NCBI GenBank assembly: GCA_016618085.1
Contig: JABLTG010000021.1
Coordinates: forward strand, 1-64,000
Direction: 5' to 3'
Length of the DNA: 64,000 bases
DNA from: Neovahlkampfia damariscottae
Taxonomy: Eukaryota
In this document: positions 47,449-60,787 of the stretch, piece after piece
Position numbering within the stretch: the first letter of the stretch is position 1
Layout of the letters: each line of letters begins with the position of its first letter
Made by a program: the position numbers and the translations under genes
Notes under the pieces: generated by a model
Told to the model about the DNA's origin: nothing
Databases searched by the model: none
The model's input: the letters and a program-made list of their open reading frames with translations, nothing else

Positions 47449-48592
47449 TTATTTTTCAACTGATTTCACAGAAATAGGTTCTGAACAATTTAAACATTGA
47501 CCAAATAACCTTAAAAAAGTATTAAAAAACAAAAAAAAAAAAATTTCACACGTGTTAAAAGATTGTTGTGTTGAAGGTAAAGAAATCAACCAAGCTGACA
47601 AACAAGAACTAATTAGAAATCATTAACTATACATTTTTTTCGAACCTGTGAAATGGCATGCAACATTTTTTATTATCACAAATTTTATCTGGTATTTCAG
47701 TATCTAATTTATAACACATACAAATACCACATTCAATACTGTAATCTAAATCATCTTCTTTTTCACTCTTTTTTGGAAAATTGAACTCTAATATACTCTC
47801 CAAGTTTTCTCTTAAATTTGATGAAGAGTTCCAATTTTTTAGTGAATGTAATTTTGATCTGAGTGGATTGATGAATGATTCTGAACCTAAAAATTCAACA
47901 TCTGGCATTGAAGTTGGGAAATTTGGATTTAATTCAATTAATAAAGAAGAATGTTTTCCAATGGCTATTCTTCTCATTGTATGAGAATATAAAGGATTTT
48001 CTGGTTCAATGATCCAACAATTTTCATCTAAATCTTGTAATATATCCCAAAATATTTGATATTTTTCAATTTCTTCTTTAAATTTTTTTAAAACTTCTTT
48101 TAAATTTTTGAATTTTAAATTGAAAATGATTGGTAAATCTAATTCATATTCAGAAATTGAATTTGGATATTCTGAAGGATTAATTTTAATCAAAATTGAA
48201 TGTTTTCTGTTTTTTTTATCTAAAAGTTCAAATGTTATCCTTGATAAATCGGAATTCATATCAATAATTTTAGACCAACCAATTTCATCAATCTCTGAAA
48301 TAATTTTGTTATAAAAATTAGTTGTTGGCAATTCAATTTGATTTTTTAAACATAATTTTTCAAAAATATGTTTCAATTCAAATAAAATAGTTTCAATATT
48401 TGTACATTGTAAAATTCTTTGTTTTATCATTTCTTCATGTTCAAAAATGATTTTCATTAATTCAGGATTTGATTTTATTAAAACGAAATTATTTTTTACA
48501 TCTATTTGAATTGGATATTCTTTTTTATCAAAATTTAAAAAACCTTGAAAAGAAGTTTCATTCGTCTGTAGAAGAAAATTAAAAATTTCCAT
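47449..48592 (-). CDS. FANCL: FANCL E3 ubiquitin ligase
   Basis: EIDEIGWSKI, DLDENCWIIEPENP..RRIAIG, RING ECGICMCY..C..C..FH..CL..W..FGQCLNC; 2 introns. Confidence 0.92.
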
Positions 48593-48626
48593 GTTGATTT
48601 TTGATTGGATAATAAAAAAACAGATT

Positions 48627-51600
48627 TTATTTTTTCTTCTTTGCATAAACTCTTGAATAAATTCTTCTAACTAAAGAATAAGGAAATGATTCTTCCCATT
48701 TTGCACTATCAATAAAATCTGTTGATGAAATTGTTTTATCAACAAAAATATAACAATTATCAATAACTTTTTCGTTTTGATTTTTCATTAAAAACATTAA
48801 ATAAGTTGCAAGATCAGTGAATTTCGAATATTCAAAATAAATTGCTTTTGGATGATCTTTACAATTTAATGCAATCATTAACGAATGAAAAGCTGTAATT
48901 GCTAAATGAGCATTATTATTCCAACCTTCTACATGAACATTATATTCATTTGAACTTGATGACCATGATGAAGAAAATAATAAACAAGCAAAGATTTGTG
49001 GAAGATATGCAAAGTTTGTGACTTTATCAGAAAGCATTAACATTGTATCTTTTAATACATGATCTATTTTATCTTTAAATATACCACAATCTAAAGCAAG
49101 TCCATCTGCATCAACAAATTTTATATCTTTCATATAATTTTCTGGATATTGAGAATATGTATTTTGAACAACATTATAAATTAAAGGAATTGATTTTTGT
49201 GTTGAAATTTCAAGTGCTTCTCTTAAATTTTTTCTAAATTCTAAAAATCCACCAATTGAAATTAAACAATCATATACTTTTTCAATTGATTTAAATTTTG
49301 ATTTTAATGTATCAAATAATTTCAAATTTAATTGTGGATCACTAAAAAGTTTTTCTAAATTTTCTTTAATCAAATCATTAAAAGGTGGTAATAAATCTTT
49401 GAGTTGTGTACAAAGAATTGTAATTTTTTGAACAATATGATAATCCATAACACGAACACCATATGGTCCAATCATTGTTGCAAGTGCAATTAATTCTTCA
49501 AAATCAAAATATTCTTCAACTTTATAAGAAAGATAAGTTCCTGAAGTTGAAAGAAATGATCTTCTAAGTGGATGATAAAGTATTTTATGTTTTGACATAT
49601 CCATAAGTACATCAGCATACCAAGTTGCAAATCTTGTTGTTGCATTTTCTGATGTATCCATAATTTGATGAACATATGGTGATTCAACATCATTCAAATG
49701 AACAAAATTTTCAAGAAAAGCAAATAAAATTAATTCTTCAACATTAATGTTAATACATTGTTCAACAACTTTAAGTACAATCATAAATACAGCAAGTTTT
49801 TCTTGTAACATTTTTGGTTGATAAAAAGCCAATTGAATTGCATCTTTATCACGTAATTTTTTATTTTCTGATGTAATAGTAGGTGGTGATTTTGATAAAT
49901 CAGAAACATGTCTTAAAATGATTAATTCTAATTTTTCTCTGAGAAATTCAGATGGATAAAAAATTGTATCATAAACTTGAATTTCATCAAATGTATTTAA
50001 ACTGTATAATAAATTTTTTAAGTTATTTTCAATATTGATTAATTGATAAACATAATCATCATCTAAAAATGATTCATATCCAGCTGGTTGAGGTACTTCT
50101 TTTTTTTGAATTTTAAGTTTAATTTTCATTCCAACTTTATCACCTCCTAATTGGTCAGCTAAAAATTGATATCCACCAGATCCTCTTAAATTGTCAATTT
50201 GTTTCTCAATTGCATCTAACATTGCATTAAACATATTCTTTCCTTCTGTAACACTAAAATATCCAATATTTGCTCTCATTTCAGGTACTGATTCATGTGC
50301 TGAATATTGATAACTATCTAATAATCTTAAAAATGAAAGTGAATATAAAGGACGATTATCATCTGAAATTAATCCATCTTTGAAGAATTTGGAAACTACT
50401 TTATCATAATAATATAAATCTTTTAAAATAGCAAATTCAACCAATTGTTCTTCAATTAAATCAACGTTTCTAATTGGTTAATATTTTGACAGGTTGACAC
50501 TTACTTTGAAATGTGATAAAAAATGTTGAGTGCTGAAAGTAATCTTTGAAAATCATCTTCAGTTCTTTCATTTTTAAATTTATCTGATCCAACTAACACT
50601 TCAAATCTTTTTAAATTGATTCTGAAAACTTTGAATGAACTTGGATCTGACAAATCAAGAAATGATTCAAATAAATTTTTCACTTTTTGTTCTTGATCTC
50701 CCGAATATTTTTCAATTAAACTTTTGATTTTTGGTACATAAACTTTTTTTAAAAAGTCTAAGTGATAATCAGCAATAACTATTAAAAGAAACCAATAAGA
50801 AATGTATAACTTTTTTACCTTGTTTTTTTTCTCTACAAATTGATGTGATTTCTAAGATTAAATGCATTAATTCTCCAAGATCTGTTTGTGGAATTTCACG
50901 ATATTTTTTTGCATTTTTCTTTGGTTGTTTTTCGTGGTGTGTGAAATACCAATAGATTTCCATCTTTGCCAAATGAAGAGCAGCCAAAACTAATTGAAAT
51001 TTTGGACCTGCTAAACCTGGAAAATCTCTTAACATTGTGAACAAAGTTTGTAATTGTAAACGTAAATAAGTTCTTTTTTTGAAATGAATTCTACTACAAT
51101 TCAAAGAGTATTCTTCTGATGTTCTTTTTTTTAAATTAGTTATAAAAACAGGATTCACTTACTTTAAAAGTGTCTTTTCTTTTTTGAGTTGAATTGAAGT
51201 AGCTTTGAATTTTGAAAAAACTTCATCAAAAAGTTCGTGTACATAAAGTGTTTCATCTCCATAAACAGTTACAAGAAATGTCTTGTTTAAAACAGCTGAA
51301 AGGTAAAATGTATAAAATTTTTTTTTGTTTACCTTGTAGTAATAAAACACCTTTGTTAATTTTGTGTCTAATTTTTTGAGTGTCAGAAACTGTATATCCT
51401 AATCCTTCTGGACAACATAAATATCCAAAAATGATCCAATCTCTCATGTTTTCATGATAAGCAATTTCAAAATATGACTGTTTTTAAAATGTTAAAAAAT
51501 ATGTTTTTTTTTTTTTTACATCTTCGACAGCTGGAAATGGAATTTTATCAGGGTCAGAAAGTAATTCAAGTGGTCTTTTAAAATTTAAAGCTTCAACTGT

Positions 51601-52341
51601 TCCTTTATCAAAACTTGTCAAAGAGTTAATTAAAGTTCTTCCAATTTGAGGTGAAAATTTAAAGAATGTTGTGCGGAGTTGTTTTGTTGCTTTTTCATAC
51701 AACTTAAAACGTTTTCCAATCCTAAAAACAATCAATTTTTTTTTTTTTACTTTGGAACTGCAGGTTCATTTCTTCCATTTGTCTTTGAATAAGCTAAATT
51801 ATACAAAGCAACAACATATTTTTTGTCTGGAATTTTATCAACAATAAGAACTAATTTTGCATAACAAACAACAATATTCATTACATCAGCAAAAATTGGT
51901 AAATTTTGATCCCACTATTGAATGTTAAAAAAAAATTAAAAAAAAAAAACATTAAAGTCAAAAGTGAGTGTTTCGAAAAGTTCATGAAGTGTACTAATTG
52001 CTACATCACACCATTCATCATATTCTCTAAATGCACAAAATAAAGGTGTTGAGATTTTTAATATGTTTGACATCTTTGGTTTGAACCATTGTTCCATAGT
52101 ACTTGATTCTTTCTAAAAATATAAAAATAATTAGGGTAATAATTACCTTTTCAATATCTTCTGGATGTTCTAAAGTATCAGATTTTGTAATTCTTGTGAA
52201 AAGTGAATTTGTTTGTTTTGTTGGTTTGAGTAGTTCATTTTTTTCATTCGTTTCCAAGTCCTTTTTGATCGTAAATAATCTGTGTAATAATCCAGGACCA
52301 AGTTCAGCTAATAAACTAAGTTTTTCAGCACAATTTGACAT
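48627..52341 (-). CDS. NCKAP1: Nck-associated protein 1 (NAP1/Hem; WAVE/SCAR complex)
   Basis: AEKLSLL..GPGLLHRL, PGLAGPKFQLV..EIYW, PAGYES, ELIALATMIGPYGVR, EGWNNNAH, FPYSLVR; ~7 introns. Confidence 0.92.
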
Positions 52342-52465
52342 GACCAAACTCAAGCAAAAAGAAACCAATGAAAATAGAGAATTTTGACCAATCAAATTAA
52401 TAGTATTTTCAACTGTAAAATCCAACAGCAAAATTTAATATTTTAAAAAAAAATAATAAAACAAA

Positions 52466-53548
52466 ATGACATTAACACAGAAATTTACAGAACATAATTC
52501 AATTGAATTTAAATCAAACATTTATGAAACAAAATGGATTCCAAGTAGTTCAAGGTTTATTTCAGTCGGATGTTCAGAAGAAAATAATAAACAAGGTCAA
52601 ATACAAATGTATAAAATTAATACAAGTGACAACGTTTGATATTTATTCTTTTTTTTAAAAAGTTTATCAAGGTTTTAAAATTACAAACTATTAAAACAGA
52701 TTCACCTTTGAAATCATGTACATTTGATTCATCACTTTCAAATATAAGACATTTATCAGTCGGAGATTTTTCAGGAAAACTTTCAATTTTTGATTTAGGT
52801 ATTAAAAAAACAATTTTTTTTTATATTTTTTAAAGAAAAGTCAAAAACAATTTTCTCAGTGCAATCTCATAGCAACTTGATAAATAAAATAGATGGAGCT
52901 GGTTTCAATTTTGGAACAACTGAATTATGTAGTGCTTCAAGAGATGGTGATATCAAAATTTGGTTTGAAAATAAATTTTAATTCATTTTTTTTAGGGATA
53001 CAAGACAATCAAAATCAGCAGTTTTTACTTATTCTAATCAAATTGATTGTTGGTCAATTGCTTTTGGAAACACATTTTCGGACACTGAGAGAATGTTGGC
53101 TGCCGGTTACAAAAATGGAGATTTGAAAGTCTTTGATTTAAGAAAGAATGAAATAATATCAGAAATTAATATCAAAAATGGAATATCACATTTAGAATTT
53201 GAAAAAAAAGAATCTGAATTTTCAAACTTGAAATATGGGACAACCAATGGAAACATAGGAATTTTGAATTTAAAAGAAAAACCAATTGAAAAAGAAATAG
53301 CAAAATCAACCATTTGGAGTTTCTCTCATGTGCCTCAAAACACAAAATATTTCATCACAACAGATGGTTCTGGTCAAATTGCATTTTGTGAATATCTTAC
53401 AGAACAAAAAGAATTTAAACTTTTACAAAAGAAATTCATTTCAAATTTAGGTATTTGTTCTATAGATTTTCATAGAGATATTAATGGTTTATTTTTAACC
53501 ACAGGATTTGATAAAAATGTAAAATTGATTTCGACGAATAAAATTTAA
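52466..53548 (+). CDS. WDR92: WDR92 (DNAAF10)-like WD40 protein
   Basis: YETKWIPSSSRF, RHLSVGDFSGKL, DCWSIAFGN..ERMLAAGYKNGDLKVFDLR, KSTIW..HVPQN; 3 introns. Confidence 0.82.
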
Positions 53549-54930
53549 TCTTCGTCTGCATAAGATCCTTCATCAAATAATTCTTCATCTGTTCTCTGAT
53601 TCATATCTTCTAATTCTTCATTGTTTGGATTCTCTGTTGTTCCTTGGTTTTGTTGTTGAGATCTTTGAAAAACTCTTGCACGAAATGAATAAGTTATTGA
53701 TGCTAAAACGTAAACTATCAAAATTTCATTGAAACCCACAATCACCCATGATTCTTTCCAACTTAAAACAGCCAATCTTATGAATAGGAAAATAGTTGGC
53801 AATACCAAATAGATTAAGAAGGTAAATCTGAATGATTTGAACATTTCTAATTTTGAGTAAATAGAACCTCTTCCTTGAGGCCATTGTTCTTCAAAAGCAA
53901 CAGCATTTAATCGATCAATATTAGCATTCTAAAAAAATTCAATTTTTGAGAAGAATATCACTTACCAATGAAATGATAATTCCAAAATTAATTAGAAATT
54001 TAATCACCTTATAAGAAATAACATACGCAGGACATAAAATCATATGAATACAAGTCGAATAAAGAATTCTAAACAACATAAATAATAATAAAGAACCCCA
54101 AAAAATTTGAGTTTCTCTTCTCCCTAAATACAAAGTGATAAGACCCCATCCAAAACTTGTTAACAATAATAACATCAAAAATAGAGTTTCACTTAAAATA
54201 CCCAAGAATTCTCTGATGAACAGAATATAGTAAACAAATCCTCCAAAACGTGATAAAACCATAAAAAAAGCTAATCCTGAAATGATTTCAATTACTTTTA
54301 ATGAAAGAGCAATAGTTATTAGAACATGTATTCTTCTAAACCCTTTGTAATTTATGATTAAATATCCCATATGAGAAAATAATATAATAGTATACACAAC
54401 CAAAAGAACAAAATATAAATTGATTAAATTCTCATCTTCTATTGAAAGATGAGATTCATTTGGGTTATAAATTTGAATTTGAACTTGCACATAAAATTCT
54501 TCAATTGGTTGTTGACATTTAGCAATTAAAAAAGCGTAATTATTTGAATATTCAATTTTTCTTGATAAATAAATTGAAGATTTATCCAGTGGTATTCTAA
54601 TTAAACTTGGAAGAGAACAGATTTGATGTAAAACTCTTGGGTCAGAAGTCCATCCAGAAATTAACCTCTTTTGAAGAATTAAAATTTGAATAATATTACA
54701 TATTGATTCTCTGGTATTACTATGAATACTAATTTTGAATTCCTTATGTCGCTATCACTCAAAGTAATGTTTACAAAAATTTTTCCGCCTTTTTCAATTC
54801 CAAAGCCATCTTCTATTACGGGTATCAGATTTGTTTGTGTTGTAGGTTTTAATATATAAGTCTTTTGTACATCCAAAGAAACAATTTGTTGGAAAAACAA
54901 CACGAAAAAAATCAAGTTCAACAATTTCAT
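53545..54930 (-). CDS. GOST-family seven-TM protein (GPR107/GPR180/TMEM87-like)
   Basis: Signal peptide, luminal domain ending NPNESHLS, seven hydrophobic segments incl. LLLLTSFGWGL; 2 introns. Confidence 0.78.
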
Positions 54931-54961
54931 TCTTATTGGTTGAAAAAAAAAAGTTAATCTT

Positions 54962-55771
54962 TTATTTTGAAGTAAAAAAACTCAAAATATATGAAAATAA
55001 TCTCCAAAATAATGTGATAATTGGTATTCTTTTGTTAAATACATACAAACAAACCAAAATAAAAAACAAAAAAGATAAAAGAGTATACACCTGTTTCCAA
55101 TATTCTTTTTCTTTTAAATTTCTGATTTTTCTTTTTGATTCAATAAGTTTTTCGTTTGTACCAGATTTTGTGTGAATAGTTTTTTTCAATGATTCTCTGT
55201 TTGTCACTTTAAAAGAAGAAATTAAAAAAAATATAATGAATATACTCAAGACAGATTGTGAATCATCTGCTCTTGTTAAATTACTATTTAACTCTCTTTT
55301 TGTTCTTTCTAATGAGTTTTTTATTCTTTTTTTCAACTGTGTTGGTGAATGATTAATTGTCTCTGAATGTAAGAGTTCTTTTTTTTCTTTGAGATACAAT
55401 TCTTTTGATATTTTGTTATATTTTTCATGTGCTAACTTATAACTCATTGCTAAACTTTTATGTTTAATTTTTTTTTTTGCTTTTACTCTTTTGTAGTTTT
55501 ACGATGTTTATTTATGAAATTAGTCAAATCTTGAATTTCCTTTTCATTTTCTTTTTCTTCACATCTAATTTCTAAAATTTGAAAATGCATTTGAATTTGT
55601 TTAAAGCTCTCCTTTGTTGTTGATTGTATAACGGGTAATTGATGCAAAAAGGAGTCTGTTTCTTCTAATTGTACAATGTTTGTTTGAATTTTACCCTATA
55701 TTAAATTTAATTGATTGTTTAAATTTCACCTCAAGTTCAATAATTTTCGTCTCAATTTCTTTTGTTCGCAT
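54962..55771 (-). CDS. Sec20-like SNARE
   Basis: IKNSLERTKREL..ADDSQSVL, ESKRKIRNLKEKE, TM LSFLFFILVCLYVFNKRI; 3 introns. Confidence 0.78.
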
Positions 55772-55805
55772 TTTGTTGTAATAAAATGATTGGTTGAAAA
55801 ACTAT

Positions 55806-57095
55806 TTATTGAAGGTTGATAAAATTATCATTTGATGCACTTAACATGATGTTATATGATGAAGAGATCTCAGTCCATGGTTTTTGAATGACTTTACCAT
55901 TTTTAAGATCACGGCTTGTCAATTTCAAAATATCTTCAATTGTACGTTGTTTATCTTTCAAATATTCTTTAAATACTTTGGTAAAGACACTATTAGTTCC
56001 TGCTGTATGTGATTTTGTACCTGGATCACTCGAATATATAAGATATTTAATAACATCTCCTGATTTTTCAATTGAATTTTCTTCTTCGATTGTTATTTCA
56101 GATTTACTGGTACTATCAACTCCTTTACTCTGATATTTATATACTTCAGGATCTATTCTACAAGCATCTAAAACAACAATTAAGGCAATTGATTTTTTTG
56201 AATCCATTATTTTCTTGATCAATTCTGATTGCACTGAAATGCCAATACCATTGTGAATATCAGAATCAGTTCCAAAAATCATGCTCTTTCTATTGCTTTC
56301 TGATCCATGTCCTGAATAATAAAAAAAGAACATATCTTCATCTTCAATTTCTTCAATTAATTCTTCAATTTTGTATTGAATTTCATTTTTTTTAGCATCT
56401 AGCAACAATTCTGACGAAAAGCCAAATTCTTCACTTTTCAAAATTTCATGAATTGCAGTGGCATCAGAACGACAGCTTGAGATTTTATGTTTTTCCGATT
56501 CATAGTCTTGATTTCCAATACAAAGTGCAATCTTTTTTTTTGGAAGATACACTTCAATTTCTGGAGATTTATTTAATCGTTCCAATTCTACAGAGAAAAT
56601 ATTGCTTGGTGTTGAAATTGGTGTTGATGTTGGTGTTTTAGTCGGTGTTGAAGGTGCTGAATCAATGTCATCATATTCCTTTTCCCAATCATCGTATTCA
56701 TTATCAATTTCTACTTTCCAAATTGTTAAAGAATTTACCATCAAGTTTTTAATAAAACTTAAATAATTTTTGGAGTCTAAAGTTTCATTGATAAATTTAG
56801 TGAAGTATCCATAGTATTTATCAAAATTTTTTTTTCCTGTTAATTCAGTGTTTTCTCTCTTTTCCCATAAAATAGCAAAAAATAATTTCATTTTTCCTTT
56901 TCCTTTAACAGCCTTTGGATTTTTTTCTCTATTTTTTTCTGTGTAAGCATAAAAAAATTCTTGGATAAATTTCTTACAATCATCCTCTGATGGTTTTGTT
57001 TTTGGAAAACTTGTTTTCATAAGGTTTCTGAATAGTTTCATATTGCTCAATGTTATTTCATAAGTTTTGTCGACTGAAGGTGAACTGTTGGACAT
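55806..57095 (-). CDS. Peptidase C14 caspase-like protease with uncharacterised N-terminal domain
   Basis: IALCIGNQDY, FFFYYSGHG (His), VVLDACR (Cys), YSSDPG, NSVFT, QKPW; intronless. Confidence 0.9.
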   Translation of the reverse strand: MSNSSPSVDKTYEITLSNMKLFRNLMKTSFPKTKPSEDDCKKFIQEFFYAYTEKNREKNPKAVKGKGKMKLFFAILWEKRENTELTGKKNFDKYYGYFTKFINETLDSKNYLSFIKNLMVNSLTIWKVEIDNEYDDWEKEYDDIDSAPSTPTKTPTSTPISTPSNIFSVELERLNKSPEIEVYLPKKKIALCIGNQDYESEKHKISSCRSDATAIHEILKSEEFGFSSELLLDAKKNEIQYKIEELIEEIEDEDMFFFYYSGHGSESNRKSMIFGTDSDIHNGIGISVQSELIKKIMDSKKSIALIVVLDACRIDPEVYKYQSKGVDSTSKSEITIEEENSIEKSGDVIKYLIYSSDPGTKSHTAGTNSVFTKVFKEYLKDKQRTIEDILKLTSRDLKNGKVIQKPWTEISSSYNIMLSASNDNFINLQ

Positions 57096-57254
57096 TTTTG
57101 ATTGGATGAAACTTTAGCAAAATTCTGGGTATATTCAAAGACACTTTTTGATCCCTTTTGAAAAATACATGATCTATCTCAATGAATAAAAAAATCAAGG
57201 TTCAAACGAAATTCAATTCAAATGATTTGTTTTATTGGAGTTAAAAACAATGTT

Positions 57255-59032
57255 TTATAATTTTTCAAGTGTTTCCATTCCTAATAAATCAAAACATTTT
57301 TTCATTGTTATTTTAGTCACATAACATATTCTCAAACGACTTGATTCATTTTTATCACCAATAACTCTACAATCACGATGAAATGAAGTGAACAACAATG
57401 AAAGTTCATAAAGATATTCACATAGCAAATGTGGCTGTAATTTCGTCAATACATTTTCAATTGTTTCTCCAAATTTCAAAATATGAATGATCAAATTCTT
57501 CTCAGATTGATGAGTAATATTAATACTTTCGGTTTTGAAATCTTCATTGAAACTCGATTTTCTTAAAATTGAACAGAGTCTAGCGTATGCATAGATCAAA
57601 TAAACAGCTGTATTTCCTCGATAATCTAACATTTTGTTGTAAGAAAATGTGTAGTTATTTTTTAAATTATTTTTTAAATCTGCATATTTGATAGCAGAAA
57701 TGGCGATTACAGAAGCATCTTTTTTGAAATCTTTTTCATTTCTTTCAAAATTATTATCTCTTCCTTTTAATGTTTCAATTGCTTTTCTTTTGGATTCTTC
57801 CAATAAATCATTTAATTTAACTGATTCTCCTGATCTTGTTTTGAATTTTTTTCCGTCTTCTCCAAGAACAACACCAAATGGAACATGATTGATTTTATGA
57901 TTATAATTTACCCATTCCATTAATTTACCTGCTCTGAAGACTAAATCAAAATCTGAGAAGAATTATATATGATGAATTTTATCTTACGTAGTTGTTGTCC
58001 TTTATCTACCACATAAATTAACCAATTCGCTTTTTCTTTGAAAATTCGATGTTTTAATGTTGCTAAATCAGTTGTGTCATAAGTAAAACCACCATCTGAT
58101 TTCTTTACCATTAGCGGAGTTTTTGAATTTGGAATTTCCATGATGGTTGCATTTTGACTTATTTTCAACATTTTTTTTTGGTTTATTTCATCAATCACTT
58201 CATTTAACATTGGATTATAAAATGATTCTCCTCTATCAATCAATTTTATGTTTAATTCATCATAAATCTTTTGGTATTCTTTTTGACTAATTTCACAAAT
58301 CTTCTTCCAAAAATAAAGTGATTCTGGATTACCACTTTGCAATTCTACTACCTGTTTTTGAGCATTTCTTTTGAAAATTTCATCTTTGTCAAATTCTTCT
58401 TTTGATTTTTTGTATAAATTTTCCAATTCTGAAATTGTTAATGAATCAACATTCAAATTCTTGGACTTTATCATTTCGATCAGCATTCCAAATTGTGTAC
58501 CCTAAAATATGAATATTTTTATATAAATTACCCAGTCTCCTATATGATTTATTCTTAACACATCATAATTACAAAACTCCAAAATTCTTGAGATGCATTC
58601 ACCAATAATTGTTGATCTTAAATGTCCAACATGCATACTTTTAGCAATATTTGGTGATGAAAAATCAATTACAACCTTTTCTTTTGGATTTTTTTTCCAA
58701 AGAATTTCATAACTCTCTAACTGTTTTGATAAAAATTTAGTTGACAAATTTATGTTCAAATTTCCAAAATCTTTTGAAATATTTACGGAATCAATAAGAT
58801 CAGTATTATCTATATTTGATACTATTTTTGTTGCCATTTCTTCAATAGTTGCATTTGATGATTTTTTTGTTAAATTATATAACTTAATTGCCAAGTTGGA
58901 TTCAAGATCTCCTAATTCTGGTTTTTGACATTTTTTTATTTGTGAAGTAAAAGTTTCAAGTGGTAAATTTGGAAACGCTTTTGAGGCTCCACTCTTCAAA
59001 AGTTTCTGAACTTGTTTGTTCAAATTAAACAT
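57255..59032 (-). CDS. argS: Arginyl-tRNA synthetase
   Basis: [69 protein letters not shown]; 2 introns. Confidence 0.97.
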
Positions 59033-59062
59033 GATTGATGATTGGACAAAAAAACACAATTT

Positions 59063-60736
59063 TTATTCTTTCAAATACTCTTTGATTTGAGATGAGTCTA
59101 ATTTTTTCAATGAATCAAATGCTTCAATTCTATTATAATGAAACATTGAAAATGTAAACAAAACACTTGAAATCCACAATAAAAAAGTTTTCCATAATTC
59201 ATGTCCAATTATTGTAATATTCTGATTGATAAAATATGAAATTGATAAAATTGACATTGAGAACCAAAATATGAAAAAATAGTATTCATAATTAACAAAT
59301 CCTCTGTTTAGATGAAATTCAATTTCAAAGTTGAAAAAATGATTTAGGGTGTCCGAATGTTCTTCTTTTAACTTTGATTTTAGAATTTTCTTCTTTCTCA
59401 AAGGATTGAAATTACTTTTTTTTTCGTGTTGTTCCAAAATTTCTTGATGCAATCTATCATCAATTGGAAATGAATACATGAAATAAAAAACGATAAACGA
59501 AGTTAAAGAAGGTAATAAAACGGTTAATATTGATATCACTTGTATAACATTTTCATTTTGATTGATATTTGGTTGATACCCAAAATAATTAACAATCCAA
59601 AATGAAATTGAACTTCCAGGCAATGAAATATATCTCGGAAAGAATCTCCAAGAAGCTTCAATCGATCCTTCTCTTCGATTATTTGTCAGCAATTCATCAT
59701 AATCAAAAACTCTTGATTTGATTGTATCAAATAAAAAACCAGATGAACTTCCAGTAATTTGAAGAAAAATAAAAAAGAAGAGATAAACTTGAGGTGAATT
59801 ACAAAAACAAAAAACAAGTATTCCAACAGGTATCTGGAGTGCATATGCCAATAACCATGTGTTCCAAGATCCTAATTTCTTGTCAATTTTCATCCAAACA
59901 GGAGTGAATAAAGTTGCACAAAATAATCCACTAATGTGAAATATTCCCATCCAAAAATCATAATCATTTCCTTTTAATCTTAATACATGAGTGAAATATA
60001 ATGGATTCAATCCATTCCATAATAATCCTCGAAATGCTTCAAAAAGAAACATATAAAGAAATGACAAAAATGCTTCGTTTTTGAACGATTTTTTAATTCC
60101 AGGTATTAATTTTACATATTTTAAATCCTTTTGTTTTTCATTTTTAAAATCAAATTCCAATGAATATGATACAAAACACAATAATAAATAACTTGAAATT
60201 GAACATAAACCAATAATCAAAATATAAAATGCAGGTGAAAGATTCATGAAAGCGGGTATAAAATAACCTACTATTCCACCAAATAACGAAAATATATGTT
60301 TAATGGCAAATAAATTCCAATTATCATTTTCTTTTTTTTCAATTCTGTTAATTCTTGATAATAGATTTCCATAAGAAGAATTCAAAGGAAACACATCTTT
60401 CATCAATTTAAGTATCAAAATGTACAAAAAAAGTAACATTTCATTTTCAAAATTGGGTGGTAAAAATAGAAAAATTCCACTTAAAGTTACAATTGGAGCT
60501 CCGGTCAATAATAAAAATTGAGGTCCAAATAAATCAACACTATGTCCTACAAACAAATCAATAAATAAGTCCAATGATCCAATTATGGATCCAATTAAAG
60601 CAAATTTAGTGTTTGAATATTTTACACTTTCCAAGTAAAATTTGAGTAGATGAGCTGAAAAAAATGAATTGAAAATGGATGAAAAGAATTCTGGTAATGA
60701 AAATATAATTTTTTGAACTAATGTAATTTCTCTCAT
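59063..60736 (-). CDS. MFS transporter, MelB/GPH (MFSD2-like) family
   Basis: Multiple TM segments; DLFVGHSVD, FDYDELLTNNRREG, FGYQPN, FPID; intronless. Confidence 0.85.
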   Translation of the reverse strand: MREITLVQKIIFSLPEFFSSIFNSFFSAHLLKFYLESVKYSNTKFALIGSIIGSLDLFIDLFVGHSVDLFGPQFLLLTGAPIVTLSGIFLFLPPNFENEMLLFLYILILKLMKDVFPLNSSYGNLLSRINRIEKKENDNWNLFAIKHIFSLFGGIVGYFIPAFMNLSPAFYILIIGLCSISSYLLLCFVSYSLEFDFKNEKQKDLKYVKLIPGIKKSFKNEAFLSFLYMFLFEAFRGLLWNGLNPLYFTHVLRLKGNDYDFWMGIFHISGLFCATLFTPVWMKIDKKLGSWNTWLLAYALQIPVGILVFCFCNSPQVYLFFFIFLQITGSSSGFLFDTIKSRVFDYDELLTNNRREGSIEASWRFFPRYISLPGSSISFWIVNYFGYQPNINQNENVIQVISILTVLLPSLTSFIVFYFMYSFPIDDRLHQEILEQHEKKSNFNPLRKKKILKSKLKEEHSDTLNHFFNFEIEFHLNRGFVNYEYYFFIFWFSMSILSISYFINQNITIIGHELWKTFLLWISSVLFTFSMFHYNRIEAFDSLKKLDSSQIKEYLKE

Positions 60737-60787
60737 CTTCAATTGAGCATAAAACAATTGACCAATCAAACTAGTCAACCAATCAAA
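60737..60787. promoter_or_regulatory. 51-bp bidirectional promoter with two CCAAT boxes (example of a window-wide pattern)
   Basis: gaCCAATcaaactagtcaaCCAATcaaa lies between divergent ATGs at 60736 (-) and 60788 (+). Confidence 0.6.

Noticed and set aside
32024..54930. Functional G-protein gene cluster (RGS protein, G-alpha, 7TM protein)
   Set aside because: The genes are ~10 kb apart with unrelated genes between them, and GOST proteins are trafficking factors rather than established GPCRs.
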